Part shown: positions 9,002 through 19,130 of the stretch, piece after piece
Layout of the letters: every line of letters starts with the position of its first letter
How positions within the stretch are numbered: position 1 is the first letter of the stretch
Assembly (NCBI GenBank): GCA_947474485.1
Contig: CANJJP010000001.1
Location: forward strand, 1 to 24,557
Origin: Bacteroidota bacterium
GTDB taxonomy: Bacteria; Bacteroidota; Bacteroidia; B-17B0; Aurantibacillaceae
Direction: 5' to 3'
DNA: 24,557 nucleotides
Made by a program: the position numbers and the translations under genes
Notes under the pieces: model-generated
What the model was told of the DNA's origin: nothing
Databases searched by the model: none
Seen by the model: the letters and a program-made list of their open reading frames with translations, nothing else

Positions 9002-12000
9002 TTAATCTTTTAAATACATAGTAAAAATATGTTTTTTTTCTAATATTACTTCAGTTTCGGGAAATAATTGAAAGGTTTTTTCCAATAAATCATAACCTAA
9101 ACCTGCAGAACCTTTTGTTTCTGTATGTTTAATTAAAAAATCATTACCTATCATCATATCGTTAATACCTGGCTTATCAGTTGAATTTTCATCATTAAAT
9201 GCTAATATTTTGTTTTCCCGATCAGGAATAAGAATAGAAATAGGTGAATTACCTTTAATAATTTGATCCGTATTTTGGGATAAAGATAAATTAATAATTT
9301 CATCATTTACTTTATGAAAAACTGAGAAATTAGTGATATAATCCACATAACTTTCTAATTCTATTTCATTTAACAACAAAGTTGATGGTATCATTCCACC
9401 TTGATTAATAATTTTATCACTTTTCCAAGGATCCAGAAAGGAAATAATCTTATCATTTAACCTTTTGAATCCCAATTTTTCATTATATCCATTTATAAAC
9501 TTAACATTAAATTTTAAACTAATTTTTTCATATATCGGATTAACAACTGATATTTTCATACCAATCATTACTTTATGATTCAAGAATTCCTGTATTCGTA
9601 ACAAATTTTCATTTGAAAAATATCTTTCATAAATTATCGCATCTTCGCTTTCAATTGGCACAACCACAACTAATATAGCTCCTGGTTTATATTCAAGATT
9701 AGCTCCTAAATGAGATAAACATTTTAAACTTTGAATTTCAGGAAATTCACCTAATAATAGGTTCTCAATATCATGAATTGAAATGGCACGAGATTTATGG
9801 CGTATCCTTTCACTTGTTCGTATTTGGAAATCAGTTTCATTTTCAGGTTTTTTACCTCCAAATGATTTGTAAGGTTGTTCAACTTTATCAACTTGTACTT
9901 GTGGAATTAACATTTCTGAAATAGAAAACTCAGGAATTGATGAAGAATCGTTTTTTAATTCCATTTCTCGAATTGCAATACCTGCATTTAAATGTATATT
10001 TTCAATACAATTTATAATATTTAGTTCAGTTAAATCAAATCTTAACCAAATACTATCTTCAACTATAAATGTTTTTGAGACACTTAAAGCTGGTAATTTT
10101 ATCTGCAAAATACCCTCTCGCTGTAATTTGAAGGTAGAATCATATGTTATATTTTCTGAAGACAATGGAACCCACAATGAATCTTGTAAAACACTCATTG
10201 AAAATTCATTATGATTTAAAATATTTTTATTATTTATTTTAAATAATAAAGAAATTTCTTTTTCACTTAGTAAAGCATCGAAACCGATAAAAAAAGATCC
10301 TCCATTAGGAAAATAAGGCATTATTTTCCAATTTCCATGATTCAAATTTACTTCATGTCCAAATGGGAGTATCTTTTTTAAGCTAATTTTTTCACCCCAC
10401 TGCGAAATTTCAATTTGAGATTTATATTCCAAAGATATACCTTTAAGAAGAGGCGTGTATGGTTCATTGATAATATTTGGAACACCTTTATTTTTGGAAG
10501 CTGTAAATGCATTCTTTTGAATTAGTTCTGAATATTGATCATGACCAAATGCAATTTCAGGATAACAAAGCTCCATTTTTATAAATCCGTCAGTTGAAGA
10601 AATATTATAATTTTGTAATGGGCCAGAAATTCGTGACTCATTTTTAAGACCAAGTGTTGAAACATCAAGTTCATTTATTCGTCTAATAGGACTTAGTATA
10701 TTATCTTCAAGACTTTTATCAGAAGGTATACCAGTAAATAAATCTAAAACTTGTTTATTTTCTGTAGGAATCCAATTTTTATCTTTTAGAGAACTAATTG
10801 TAACTTTAAAAGAAGTATTATTTTCTATACCTGAATAATCTTTATAATAACCTTTAAAGCCATTTTCATCAAACGGCAAATTATTCCACTCTAAATTAAT
10901 TATTAGATCTTTTAATGGTTTTAATAATAAATTTTTATGTCCAATATATAAAGTTGAACCAAGTTTTGGTCTAAAGCCAAATGGTTCAAATGGCATAGTA
11001 TTTTCAAGAGTTCCAAAATCATTTTGTAAAATTAAATCTCTAATTCCAATCACTTCTATATTTAGCATCGCATGTGAAAAAGAAATATCACGAAAAATGG
11101 AATAATATTTAATTCCTTTACTACTTAAAACAAATTTCAAAACTGCTTCTTTCTGAATTTGCTCAGAATCAAGAGGAATAAGAGGCAACTGATGTTTATT
11201 TATAAGAATATCAAATCTTAATTTTAAAATACCAAAATCTTCATGAAAATAAATATTTAACGAATCTTCCTCTATTGGCAACATGCCATCTATTGAAGAA
11301 TAATAAGCAAGCCAAGCATTCGAAATAAGCACATTAACATTATCTAAATCAAAAGAAAAAAAATGTTTTTCTATATTTTCTTTAAATTGTAATGATTCCT
11401 TTCTACTTAATGAAAAATCAAAAGTTATTCTCCTATCTCCTTCATCAAGAATCAAATACTCAGATAAAATCTCAAACCCAAATTCAAAAGTTTCCTTTTC
11501 AGGGAAATTAAATTCCACTAATTCAAAAATAGAGTTTGCTCTTTTCATAAAAGAGTTTTTCCAAGATTGTGCAGATATATTAACCCCCAGAATTTTAGAA
11601 ATAAATCCTTCATGCATTAATACTGGTCTTTGTAAAATATAATTAGAATTTGATTCGCCATTATTAGATTCATAAATAAACTTAATTCCTTGATCTAAAT
11701 AAGTACTTCCAGAATTAGAATTAGCAGAAAAAGTTAAAAAAACAGAATCAAAATTACCATTTATAGGTTTTAATTTTAATATATCTTTAAAATAATAATT
11801 TAAATGACGTTCAGAAATTGTGTTAATTTTTACCTGAATATTTTGATAGAGTTCGCAAAAAGTAATAAATAAAGCTATATGAGGCTTAACATTTCCTTCT
11901 TGTAATACTTCATTTTGTAAAAATAGTTGAGCATCTTCCTTAATATAATCAATATCATAAATAACTTTTGGTAATTTTTTTTCGATAACAAGATATATTG

Positions 12001-12613
12001 TTTCAATCAAATTATGATTTGAAAAATTTAAATTAGCTCCTTCAGAAAACCAAAATTTAGCAAATGAAATTTCAAAATTTTTGACTATGGGATTTTTCCA
12101 GTGATAAGATTCAATCAATAATTTATTAATTAATAATACGTCACTAAAAAAATGACTAAATCTACTAATAATAAATTTTATTAATCTATTTTGAAAATCT
12201 TTATGAGGAAAAATATTAGTTGTAATTTGTTCAATTTCTATAAAAATAGTGGTTGACATAATCACTAGTTTTTTTAAAACTTCTATTTTTGAATTTTCAG
12301 TTTTACTTTTTTCAAATAAATTATGAAGTTCAGCAAATTCATTATTCCATTTTTCAGTATTTAATGACTGAAGCAAAAATAATGAAATAGTAGAATCTTC
12401 TCTGAAAAACGAAGACCAATCACCATCTGGTTGATCATTTTCATTAAAAAATGAAATTAGTTTACCATATTCAATTGCAAATTTTGCAAAATCTGATAAT
12501 GTTTTTTGATCAACTTTAAAATAATTTGGATTCAGTTTTTTTTTATATCGATTACTTTGATCAATCCATTTTACTTGTGATATTATATTTCTATCTTGAC
12601 AAAAACCGATCAT
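9002..12613 (-). CDS. eCIS baseplate J/gp6-like protein (Afp11-like), 1203 aa
   Basis: Motifs QPDGDWSSFF, PHIALFITF, HLNYYFKDILKL, PFEPFGFRPKLGS, PYTP and a C-terminal baseplate-J region (SFGGK...SERIRHKSRAI...FPEI). It follows gp25. Confidence 0.9.
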   Translation of the reverse strand: MIGFCQDRNIISQVKWIDQSNRYKKKLNPNYFKVDQKTLSDFAKFAIEYGKLISFFNENDQPDGDWSSFFREDSTISLFLLQSLNTEKWNNEFAELHNLFEKSKTENSKIEVLKKLVIMSTTIFIEIEQITTNIFPHKDFQNRLIKFIISRFSHFFSDVLLINKLLIESYHWKNPIVKNFEISFAKFWFSEGANLNFSNHNLIETIYLVIEKKLPKVIYDIDYIKEDAQLFLQNEVLQEGNVKPHIALFITFCELYQNIQVKINTISERHLNYYFKDILKLKPINGNFDSVFLTFSANSNSGSTYLDQGIKFIYESNNGESNSNYILQRPVLMHEGFISKILGVNISAQSWKNSFMKRANSIFELVEFNFPEKETFEFGFEILSEYLILDEGDRRITFDFSLSRKESLQFKENIEKHFFSFDLDNVNVLISNAWLAYYSSIDGMLPIEEDSLNIYFHEDFGILKLRFDILINKHQLPLIPLDSEQIQKEAVLKFVLSSKGIKYYSIFRDISFSHAMLNIEVIGIRDLILQNDFGTLENTMPFEPFGFRPKLGSTLYIGHKNLLLKPLKDLIINLEWNNLPFDENGFKGYYKDYSGIENNTSFKVTISSLKDKNWIPTENKQVLDLFTGIPSDKSLEDNILSPIRRINELDVSTLGLKNESRISGPLQNYNISSTDGFIKMELCYPEIAFGHDQYSELIQKNAFTASKNKGVPNIINEPYTPLLKGISLEYKSQIEISQWGEKISLKKILPFGHEVNLNHGNWKIMPYFPNGGSFFIGFDALLSEKEISLLFKINNKNILNHNEFSMSVLQDSLWVPLSSENITYDSTFKLQREGILQIKLPALSVSKTFIVEDSIWLRFDLTELNIINCIENIHLNAGIAIREMELKNDSSSIPEFSISEMLIPQVQVDKVEQPYKSFGGKKPENETDFQIRTSERIRHKSRAISIHDIENLLLGEFPEIQSLKCLSHLGANLEYKPGAILVVVVPIESEDAIIYERYFSNENLLRIQEFLNHKVMIGMKISVVNPIYEKISLKFNVKFINGYNEKLGFKRLNDKIISFLDPWKSDKIINQGGMIPSTLLLNEIELESYVDYITNFSVFHKVNDEIINLSLSQNTDQIIKGNSPISILIPDRENKILAFNDENSTDKPGINDMMIGNDFLIKHTETKGSAGLGYDLLEKTFQLFPETEVILEKKHIFTMYLKD

Positions 12614-12618
12614 GAAAA

Positions 12619-13041
12619 TTAAAGCTCTGTACCCTCTTTCAAATAATAAGGAAAAACCATATTATATCTACTATTATAATTCTTAATTAAATATGCAATA
12701 TAAATATATATAATTCCGTCGTCTGTTGAAAGCTCAAATTTAATATTTTCGACTAAGATTCGAGCTTCAAATAAAACAATAGCATTATTTATCGTATCTG
12801 ATAAACTAGATTTTAATGAATTAGTAAAAGGTTCAAATAACAATGGCGAAAGATCACATCCATAATTTTGATCATATATTCTCTCTCCTGGCAATGTTGT
12901 TAAAAGAATTTTAATACTCTCAATAATATCATCATTTCCTTCTCTTAACTCAACTCCCTTAATTGTTTTATTAAATACAGGTGGAAAAGACCATCCCTTA
13001 CCTATAAAATCAAAATTAATATTTTCTTTTTCTGAACTCAA
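12619..13041 (-). CDS. GPW/gp25 baseplate wedge protein (Afp9-like), TTG start
   Basis: FIGKGWSFPP and IxESIxILLxTxPGERI motifs, and FEPxI-like FEARI. The start codon reads TTG (caa at 13039-13041). Confidence 0.92.
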   Translation of the reverse strand: MSSEKENINFDFIGKGWSFPPVFNKTIKGVELREGNDDIIESIKILLTTLPGERIYDQNYGCDLSPLLFEPFTNSLKSSLSDTINNAIVLFEARILVENIKFELSTDDGIIYIYIAYLIKNYNSRYNMVFPYYLKEGTEL

Positions 13042-13042
13042 A

Positions 13043-13345
13043 TTAACCTCCTATTTGAACTGTTGGACATCCAGCTAAAATTGTTCCACCATGTGCAGTT
13101 TTATCTCCCATTCGAGCTGCCGGTTTTCCACCTATCATTACTGTTGCAGATCCTTTTATTATTGAATCTGGTGGGCCTACACAAACACAAGGGCAACCTA
13201 CTACTGCTGCTGGCAAATTTCCAATTAAAACTGTTGGAGGTCCACCAGGTAAAATTGGACCTCCCACATGCGGTATCTGGACAGGACCTGCAGGCGTAGT
13301 CATTGGACATTGATGAAAATCGGTAACTCTTGCAGCTGCTGGCAT
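13043..13345 (-). CDS. PAAR-domain spike tip protein (Afp10-like)
   Basis: PAAARVTD, PAAVVG and PAARMGD repeats, with Cys/His metal-ligand candidates (HQC, PH, AHGG). Confidence 0.95.
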   Translation of the reverse strand: MPAAARVTDFHQCPMTTPAGPVQIPHVGGPILPGGPPTVLIGNLPAAVVGCPCVCVGPPDSIIKGSATVMIGGKPAARMGDKTAHGGTILAGCPTVQIGG

Positions 13346-13356
13346 AATATTTGAAA

Positions 13357-15162
13357 TTAATTAATTTTTACTAAAGACCCTTTTATTTCAGCAATAGCAC
13401 TTGTTTTTAGAGCAATTCCGCCGTTTCCAGAAACCTCAAATTTCATTTTTGCCGTTGATTTAATATTTCCGCCTTCAATATTTACATCACCAGAGGAGCT
13501 TGAAATAGTAATTTTTTTTGCTGCATTTAATTTTAGCTCTCCTGCTGAATCTATTGTAATATCAGCTTTCGACATTTTTATAATATTACCATGTTGATCT
13601 TTCAAAAGAATTTCTTTCTTTTTATCATCTATTGTAATTGAATTGTCACCTGGGGTTTTTATCGTAATAACTTTATCTACATCATTTAATTCTATTCTTA
13701 AATTATTTTTTGTAACTATAGCTTTTATATCGACTTTATCTGTTGGTGGCTTAATTACTGGAGGAGTAGCTTTACTAAACATTGAACCTAAAATAACTGG
13801 ATTTCGAGGATCATCATTTAAAAATCCAACAAGAACTTCATCATCAACTTCCGGCCAGAAAAAATTACCTCTTGATGTTCCTGCGTAGTCAAATAACATT
13901 CTAGCCCAAAATACTTCTGTAGTTTTAAACATAGGTAATTTAATTTTTACTCTGTGTTGTCCTGCGGGGTCTGTGGCATATGCAAGCACTTTACCTACTT
14001 GCAAACCACTAACTCCTGGCAGCAGGCCTGCTGCAGGAGGGGCATTAATATTAAAATTTTCAGAATGCCAATTTGAATCTAATCCAAAACTTAAAAAAGT
14101 AAACCAACCAGAAGAAGAAAACTCTTGTTTTATTCCTGTAATTACTACTTTACCTGAAAATTTTGTTCCAACTCCTGCTAAAGTTACAACATCTCCTAAA
14201 TTAAGACTATTATCTCCTCTAATTTTAAAAGATCCCTTTACCTTGCTATGCGCTGCTTTTTCTAAAACAGCTTTACTCCAACCGTCAATTTCGGCTTTTA
14301 CTAAACCACCACCATGAAATAGAGACACTTTTGTGGGCGATGTAATAGTATTTAAATCTTCAACAGTAATTCCTGTATTCTCAAGTTGACTAAAAATAGA
14401 TGTGGTAGCTTTTGTTGATTTTAAAACTTCTTGAGTGTCATCTTTCCAAGTTGAAGCCTCAGCTGATTTAATTTGAGATATCGAATCAGATTCCATTTCA
14501 AAATCAAAAAGATCTTTACCAAATTTAAATGTTGCTTTAGAAGCAAGAGTTGAAAGCGGATTATCAATTATTATTTTTCCATAGGAGGCTCCTGGTTTTT
14601 GAATTAATACCATTTTACCATTTAATTCTGCACGAGTTAAAATAAAATCCCAATCGGTTGAGTAAAATTGAGTAATTGAATTTTGTGAAATATAAGGTGT
14701 TCCCTTTAAAGTAACCCTTGAACTAAATGAGTATTCTGTGAAAATGGTAGAAAAATTTGCATTGTCTGCTATCGCAGCAGATCCATCACCAAATACTCTA
14801 TTTTTTTTTGCAATAGTCATTTTTATTACAGGATCCTTGCACTCAATACAAGTGTATGATTTTTGTCCTGATAATTTAACGCTATGCTTTACAATAATTC
14901 CTTTAAAAACTTTTTCATTAATTCCATTATAACCCATTGAAATTGTTATTTCAGCTCCTGAATCAATATCACTTGAAGAACTTAAAATGAAATTAGCTGT
15001 TGCTGGGTCACCATCAAGAAATGTAACAGTTGCATAAGGTATTTTATTTGCCCTATACACTGTACTAATTGAATAGCAAGATTTATTAACACCTGGCTCA
15101 AAGTTTTTAGAACCAATTGTAACTTTATATGATAATCTTCCGGTTTTGTCAACTCCTGCCAT
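13357..15162 (-). CDS. VgrG/gp27-gp5-like spike protein (Afp8-like), 601 aa
   Basis: QFYSTDWDFILTRAELNG hub motif, OB-fold region DPAGQHRVKI...WAR...RGNFFWPEVDDEVLVGFLNDDPRNPVILGS, and a beta-helix-like C-terminus. Confidence 0.93.
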   Translation of the reverse strand: MAGVDKTGRLSYKVTIGSKNFEPGVNKSCYSISTVYRANKIPYATVTFLDGDPATANFILSSSSDIDSGAEITISMGYNGINEKVFKGIIVKHSVKLSGQKSYTCIECKDPVIKMTIAKKNRVFGDGSAAIADNANFSTIFTEYSFSSRVTLKGTPYISQNSITQFYSTDWDFILTRAELNGKMVLIQKPGASYGKIIIDNPLSTLASKATFKFGKDLFDFEMESDSISQIKSAEASTWKDDTQEVLKSTKATTSIFSQLENTGITVEDLNTITSPTKVSLFHGGGLVKAEIDGWSKAVLEKAAHSKVKGSFKIRGDNSLNLGDVVTLAGVGTKFSGKVVITGIKQEFSSSGWFTFLSFGLDSNWHSENFNINAPPAAGLLPGVSGLQVGKVLAYATDPAGQHRVKIKLPMFKTTEVFWARMLFDYAGTSRGNFFWPEVDDEVLVGFLNDDPRNPVILGSMFSKATPPVIKPPTDKVDIKAIVTKNNLRIELNDVDKVITIKTPGDNSITIDDKKKEILLKDQHGNIIKMSKADITIDSAGELKLNAAKKITISSSSGDVNIEGGNIKSTAKMKFEVSGNGGIALKTSAIAEIKGSLVKIN

Positions 15163-15170
15163 TAATACTA

Positions 15171-15800
15171 TTATTGAAGAGGTGGAAAATATATTTTTTT
15201 ACCATGTTCGATTCCGCGAAAAGAATCTAAATTATTTGCCTTTGCTAATTGAAAAACATAGGCAGGAGAGCCATATATTTTTGAGGAAATATTAGTGAGG
15301 TGATCTCCTTCATTTATTGTAATAAGATGTGTAATATCTGGTGATTGTTGATCAGTTGCTGCGGCTTGAACAGCAGCAGTTGGTAATTCCTTAAAACTCA
15401 AAGAAACTTCGGCATATAAAGGCTCGCCATCTAAATCAAAACCATTATATGTTAAACTAAAATTTGTACACACTCCAAGAAATCCTATCGAGCCAAATTC
15501 AACTTTTATTTTAAAAGGTTCGTGTTTATCACCTACTACACCAATTAACTTTTTTCTTAAAGCTTTAACTTTTTTAACAACTGTGGGTTGCTCAGATTCT
15601 GAATCATCATAAATAAGAACGAATTTCCAAGAAGGCGCATTACTTCCAGTATATTTTGTATTAGTTTGATTTTCGCCCTCTCCAATTGCCTTACTACCTT
15701 CTTGATAATTAACTGCAGCATCATGAGAAATTAAATTAGGATTATATTGAGCTGATAATGAATTACCTGAGGAGTCAGTAAATTTTATAAATGTGTCCAT
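15171..15800 (-). CDS. CIS tube/hub protein with C-terminal LysM domain (Afp7-like)
   Basis: AQYNP at the N-terminus, FDLDGEPLYAEVSLSFKE, and LysM-like GDHLTNISSKIYG...LAKANNLDSFRGIEHGKKIYFPPL. Confidence 0.9.
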   Translation of the reverse strand: MDTFIKFTDSSGNSLSAQYNPNLISHDAAVNYQEGSKAIGEGENQTNTKYTGSNAPSWKFVLIYDDSESEQPTVVKKVKALRKKLIGVVGDKHEPFKIKVEFGSIGFLGVCTNFSLTYNGFDLDGEPLYAEVSLSFKELPTAAVQAAATDQQSPDITHLITINEGDHLTNISSKIYGSPAYVFQLAKANNLDSFRGIEHGKKIYFPPLQ

Positions 15801-15817
15801 TGAAAAAATAGTTATTA

Positions 15818-16006
15818 TTAACGTTCATTTTGTCTTTTAAAGCCATCACTAATTAATTGAATACACTGTTCAATTATTTCTGATTTTTGCCTTGTAAACT
15901 GTTTTTCAATTTCAATTTTTAAATCATTTGATAACGATAAATTACTACTAGAAGTTTCATTTTCTAATGTAGTCTTAATAACTAACTCTTTTATTTCAAT
16001 TGCCAT
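15818..16006 (-). CDS. small eCIS plug protein (Afp6/DUF5908-like), 62 aa
   Basis: N-terminal MAIEIKELVIK motif and a C-terminal helix ending in ER. It sits between the second tube gene and the LysM gene. Confidence 0.82.
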   Translation of the reverse strand: MAIEIKELVIKTTLENETSSSNLSLSNDLKIEIEKQFTRQKSEIIEQCIQLISDGFKRQNER

Positions 16007-16018
16007 CTTTTCAAATTA

Positions 16019-16570
16019 TTAGTTTCTAGCAAATCTATTTGTTTTAATATCAGCAATAGTTTTTGATTTAGACATGTCAACTCTTCGAAAGAATTCATAA
16101 CGAAAAGTTATTTTTTCCATCAAAAATGCATTTGTCTCAGCTTCAAAACCGGTAGTTTCCCAACTTATAGGATATGCATTAATAAAAAACCATGAAAAAA
16201 TTGGTAAATGATCATGATTTAAAACTGTTACAACAATCGGAATTTTTATTTTTTCTTTTTTATCTCGTTGGTCAGTTAACCAATAATATAACCGAGAATC
16301 TACATTCATTGCACGCTCTAAAACTAAATCGGAAAATTTAGATCCTAAAATTAAATTTGCTTGATCGCCCTTTTTTGACGCACCGATATTTGTCTGTTTA
16401 AATTCCTGTTTATAATCTAAACCACTTACTTTTTTAAATCCAATATCTTTAATATATTTATTATCAACACAAAAATCTACTCTAAAATGATAACCTGTAA
16501 TTAAGTTATTAATATCAAAACCATCAGCATTATTAACAGTTTTTATTTTATTATTAGATTTTTTTGACAA
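16019..16570 (-). CDS. second tube/tube-initiator protein (T4 gp19-like, Afp5-like), TTG start
   Basis: YHFRVDF, FKKVSGL, DLVLERA and WFFINAYPISW...LMEKITFRY motifs of the gp19 fold. The start position is less certain (TTG at 16570). Confidence 0.85.
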   Translation of the reverse strand: MSKKSNNKIKTVNNADGFDINNLITGYHFRVDFCVDNKYIKDIGFKKVSGLDYKQEFKQTNIGASKKGDQANLILGSKFSDLVLERAMNVDSRLYYWLTDQRDKKEKIKIPIVVTVLNHDHLPIFSWFFINAYPISWETTGFEAETNAFLMEKITFRYEFFRRVDMSKSKTIADIKTNRFARN

Positions 16571-16584
16571 TTTTAATAAAATTT

Positions 16585-16624
16585 AAAATAAAAAATGTGA
16601 ACCAATAATTTTGGTTCACATTTT
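16585..16624 (-). terminator. intrinsic terminator/attenuator after major tube gene
   Basis: Perfect 14-bp inverted repeat AAAATGTGAACCAA (16592-16605) / TTGGTTCACATTTT (16611-16624) with a 5-nt loop. It is followed by a U-rich run on the minus strand. Confidence 0.75.
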
Positions 16625-16638
16625 ATAATAAAATATAT

Positions 16639-17070
16639 TTATTCAATAGTAATACCTTCGCAAACAACATCAATACTTTCAATAGCAACTTCTGATTTAT
16701 CTGCGCTCAATGTTGGACTACTGATTTTTTTTGGCCAAGCATTAATCAACTTCCATGTCATAATTGGTCCACCTGCTTCATCTTTTAATATAACTGTAAC
16801 ATCTTTTCGGGAAGCATTGTTACCTTTATGAGCATCTAACCAAGTATAAAATTGTTTATCATCCTTAAATAAACCTTTTTTAATGGAGATATCTCCATAT
16901 TTTTTTAAACCAGACATTTTTTGTTTTGAGAAGGTAGAACTTGCGCCATCTCTATATTCAATCATATCTACTTCAATATTCAATCCTGACACTTCAGAAC
17001 AGTTAATAATAGTACCACCTAAATCTACAGTAAAATGGAAGGTTGGCAATGGATAAGCTAATTCAGCCAT
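16639..17070 (-). CDS. major tail tube protein (T4 gp19-like, Afp1-like), 143 aa
   Basis: YPLPTFHFTV, SEVSGLNIE, EYRDG, KYGDISIKKG and WKLINAWPKKISSPTL...VAIESI. Confidence 0.95.
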   Translation of the reverse strand: MAELAYPLPTFHFTVDLGGTIINCSEVSGLNIEVDMIEYRDGASSTFSKQKMSGLKKYGDISIKKGLFKDDKQFYTWLDAHKGNNASRKDVTVILKDEAGGPIMTWKLINAWPKKISSPTLSADKSEVAIESIDVVCEGITIE

Positions 17071-17104
17071 AATGATATTTTTTTAATTTGTTATTAATTA
17101 ATTA

Positions 17105-18991
17105 TTAAGATTCTTGTAATTTGTGAGAGAATTTTAAAACAATAAATTCTGCCGGACGAACTGCTGCCATTCCAATTTCCACATTCATTCTTCCTTCTAA
17201 AATATCAACAGCTGACATGGTACTGCCAATTCCAACATTTACAAAAAATGCTTGGTCAGGCGAAGAACCAGCCAAAGCGCCTGCTTGCCATAAATTAGTT
17301 AAATAATTTTCAATCATTGCTTTTACTCTAATCCAAGTAATTGCATCATTAGCCTCAAATACAGCCCAATTTGTGCTTAATCTTACAGACTTTTCAACCA
17401 TATTGAAAAAGCGACGAACAGAAATATATCTCCATTCATTATCGTTACCTGCTAAAGTTCTTGCACCCCAAACTAAAGTACCTTTACCAGTAAATGCGCG
17501 AATTGCATTAACAGATTTACCTGCATTAACATCTACATTAAGATCTTCTTGTTGATCATTATCAATTTTTACCCATGGGCTTGAAACTGAAGATAAACTA
17601 ACATTAGCTGGTGCTTTCCATACTCCTCTATTTCCATCAACTTGAGCATAAATTCCAGCCATTGCTCCACTCGGTGGTAATAATGAAGCCTTTTTTTGAA
17701 CTTCGTTTACTATACTTTTATATAAAATATTTGTTTCGTAAACTGCTTTATCAAAATTATCTTTAATAGAACGAGTATCAGCCTTTATAGAAAGAAGCAC
17801 ATTAACCATTGATTCAAATATTGATTTTAATGCAGCTCTACCTTTATTTATTAATTCAGATTCACTTAAATCCTTATATTTTGATGATACTTCAACTTCT
17901 CCTAATTCAAACTCTAAAAAATCTTTAGTAACATCAATTACTCCCAAATCAGCATCTAAACTAATATTCGTTAGACTACGAGCAACAATTGCTAATGCAG
18001 AGCTATAAGATAATTTTTGACGTAATTCATTATCTATTAAGATATTTGAAAGTCCAGTTGCCTTTAATTTAAAAACACTTTCAATTAAAGATTTAATAGT
18101 TGTAGCATAAAAAGTTAATTCTTCTTTTTTTCCACGAATAGCCTCGTCAACTTTAAAAAATGTATCATTTAATGATTTTCCACTTGCAATTGGATCTAAA
18201 ACATATTCATTAACTATTTTATAATCATTTAAAGCTTCTTTAACATTAATAATTGAAGTGGGATCTTCAACTAAATCAGCCATGTTAATATCAGCACCAT
18301 CTTTATCTTTCAAATTAATATGCTCAAAACCAAAATTATTTGATAAAGTAGTTTCAATCCAAGGATAGTAAGTAGCACCATATTTTAAATGATTTACACC
18401 TATTCCATTTCTAAAATCTAAAATAATATCTTCATCTTTTCTATCAATAAAACCGTTGTAGATATCTAAAATAGCTACTCTATCTTGCAATTTATTACAT
18501 TGCATTAACATAGCTTGTTGTAAACTATAAGCTTGATCTTTCTTTTTTAATAACATTGCATCAGGGCAAAGTAAAATAGTTGGATGATCTTCTTTTTCAA
18601 GAGCAGATAAACCATAACTTAATTTATCTAAAGTGATTTCATCATCATAGCTACCAACTGAAACAATGTAGCATTGACCACCTCCGTTTGCAAAATACAT
18701 CCTTACATTATCATATAAGAAAAATCGTTTTTCAAAATCAATTTCTCCAACACTAGAATCTGGATTTAATGAAACATTAATTTTTCCATAATCAGCTGCA
18801 TGTCCAAACATTGAATGAAAATCCAATATTGACGTAAGATGAGTTGGTACATTAATGATACTTTTTCCATTTTTTACTGCTTTTTCGGTATAACCTATAA
18901 ATGCAGGAACAGCAGTTGGTACTTGCCCAACCGAAGGAGGAAGTGTTGAAATTTCTTCAACATAAACACCAGGAGTTTTGTAATTTGCCAT
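17105..18991 (-). CDS. contractile tail sheath protein (Afp2/3/4-like), 628 aa
   Basis: YKTPGVYVEEI, TAVPAFIGYT, YYPW, PPSGAMAGIYAQVDGNRGVWKAPAN, VWGARTL, WRYISVRR and VRPAEFIV. Confidence 0.97.
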   Translation of the reverse strand: MANYKTPGVYVEEISTLPPSVGQVPTAVPAFIGYTEKAVKNGKSIINVPTHLTSILDFHSMFGHAADYGKINVSLNPDSSVGEIDFEKRFFLYDNVRMYFANGGGQCYIVSVGSYDDEITLDKLSYGLSALEKEDHPTILLCPDAMLLKKKDQAYSLQQAMLMQCNKLQDRVAILDIYNGFIDRKDEDIILDFRNGIGVNHLKYGATYYPWIETTLSNNFGFEHINLKDKDGADINMADLVEDPTSIINVKEALNDYKIVNEYVLDPIASGKSLNDTFFKVDEAIRGKKEELTFYATTIKSLIESVFKLKATGLSNILIDNELRQKLSYSSALAIVARSLTNISLDADLGVIDVTKDFLEFELGEVEVSSKYKDLSESELINKGRAALKSIFESMVNVLLSIKADTRSIKDNFDKAVYETNILYKSIVNEVQKKASLLPPSGAMAGIYAQVDGNRGVWKAPANVSLSSVSSPWVKIDNDQQEDLNVDVNAGKSVNAIRAFTGKGTLVWGARTLAGNDNEWRYISVRRFFNMVEKSVRLSTNWAVFEANDAITWIRVKAMIENYLTNLWQAGALAGSSPDQAFFVNVGIGSTMSAVDILEGRMNVEIGMAAVRPAEFIVLKFSHKLQES

Positions 18992-19064
18992 AATATATTT
19001 CTGTTTTTTAAAGTAAATTTAAATTAAAGTTTTTTATAAAGGAAATTCAAATTAAATAAAGTAA

Positions 19065-19072
19065 CAAATTTA
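19065..19072 (-). promoter_or_regulatory. putative Bacteroidota -7 promoter box upstream of sheath
   Basis: TAAATTTG on the minus strand matches TAnnTTTG and lies in the largest intergenic gap of the operon (18992-19130). No clear -33 TTTG is present. Confidence 0.45.
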
Positions 19073-19130
19073 TCTATGATAAACTTATTAAAAAATTATG
19101 AACTAATTATTTTATTTGTTAATAACAAAA

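Noticed and set aside
13063-14932. ORFs 13063-13299(+), 13101-13310(-), 13643-13888(+), 13973-14317(+) and 14738-14932(+)
   Set aside because: They fully overlap the well-supported PAAR and VgrG genes. Relatively higher GC there makes spurious ORFs likelier.
15812-17107. Tandem TAA stops after the plug (three), second tube (two) and sheath (two) genes
   Set aside because: This is common in AT-rich genomes and is not evidence of recoding.
17373-17555. + strand 60-aa ORF
   Set aside because: It is antisense to the conserved sheath C-terminus.
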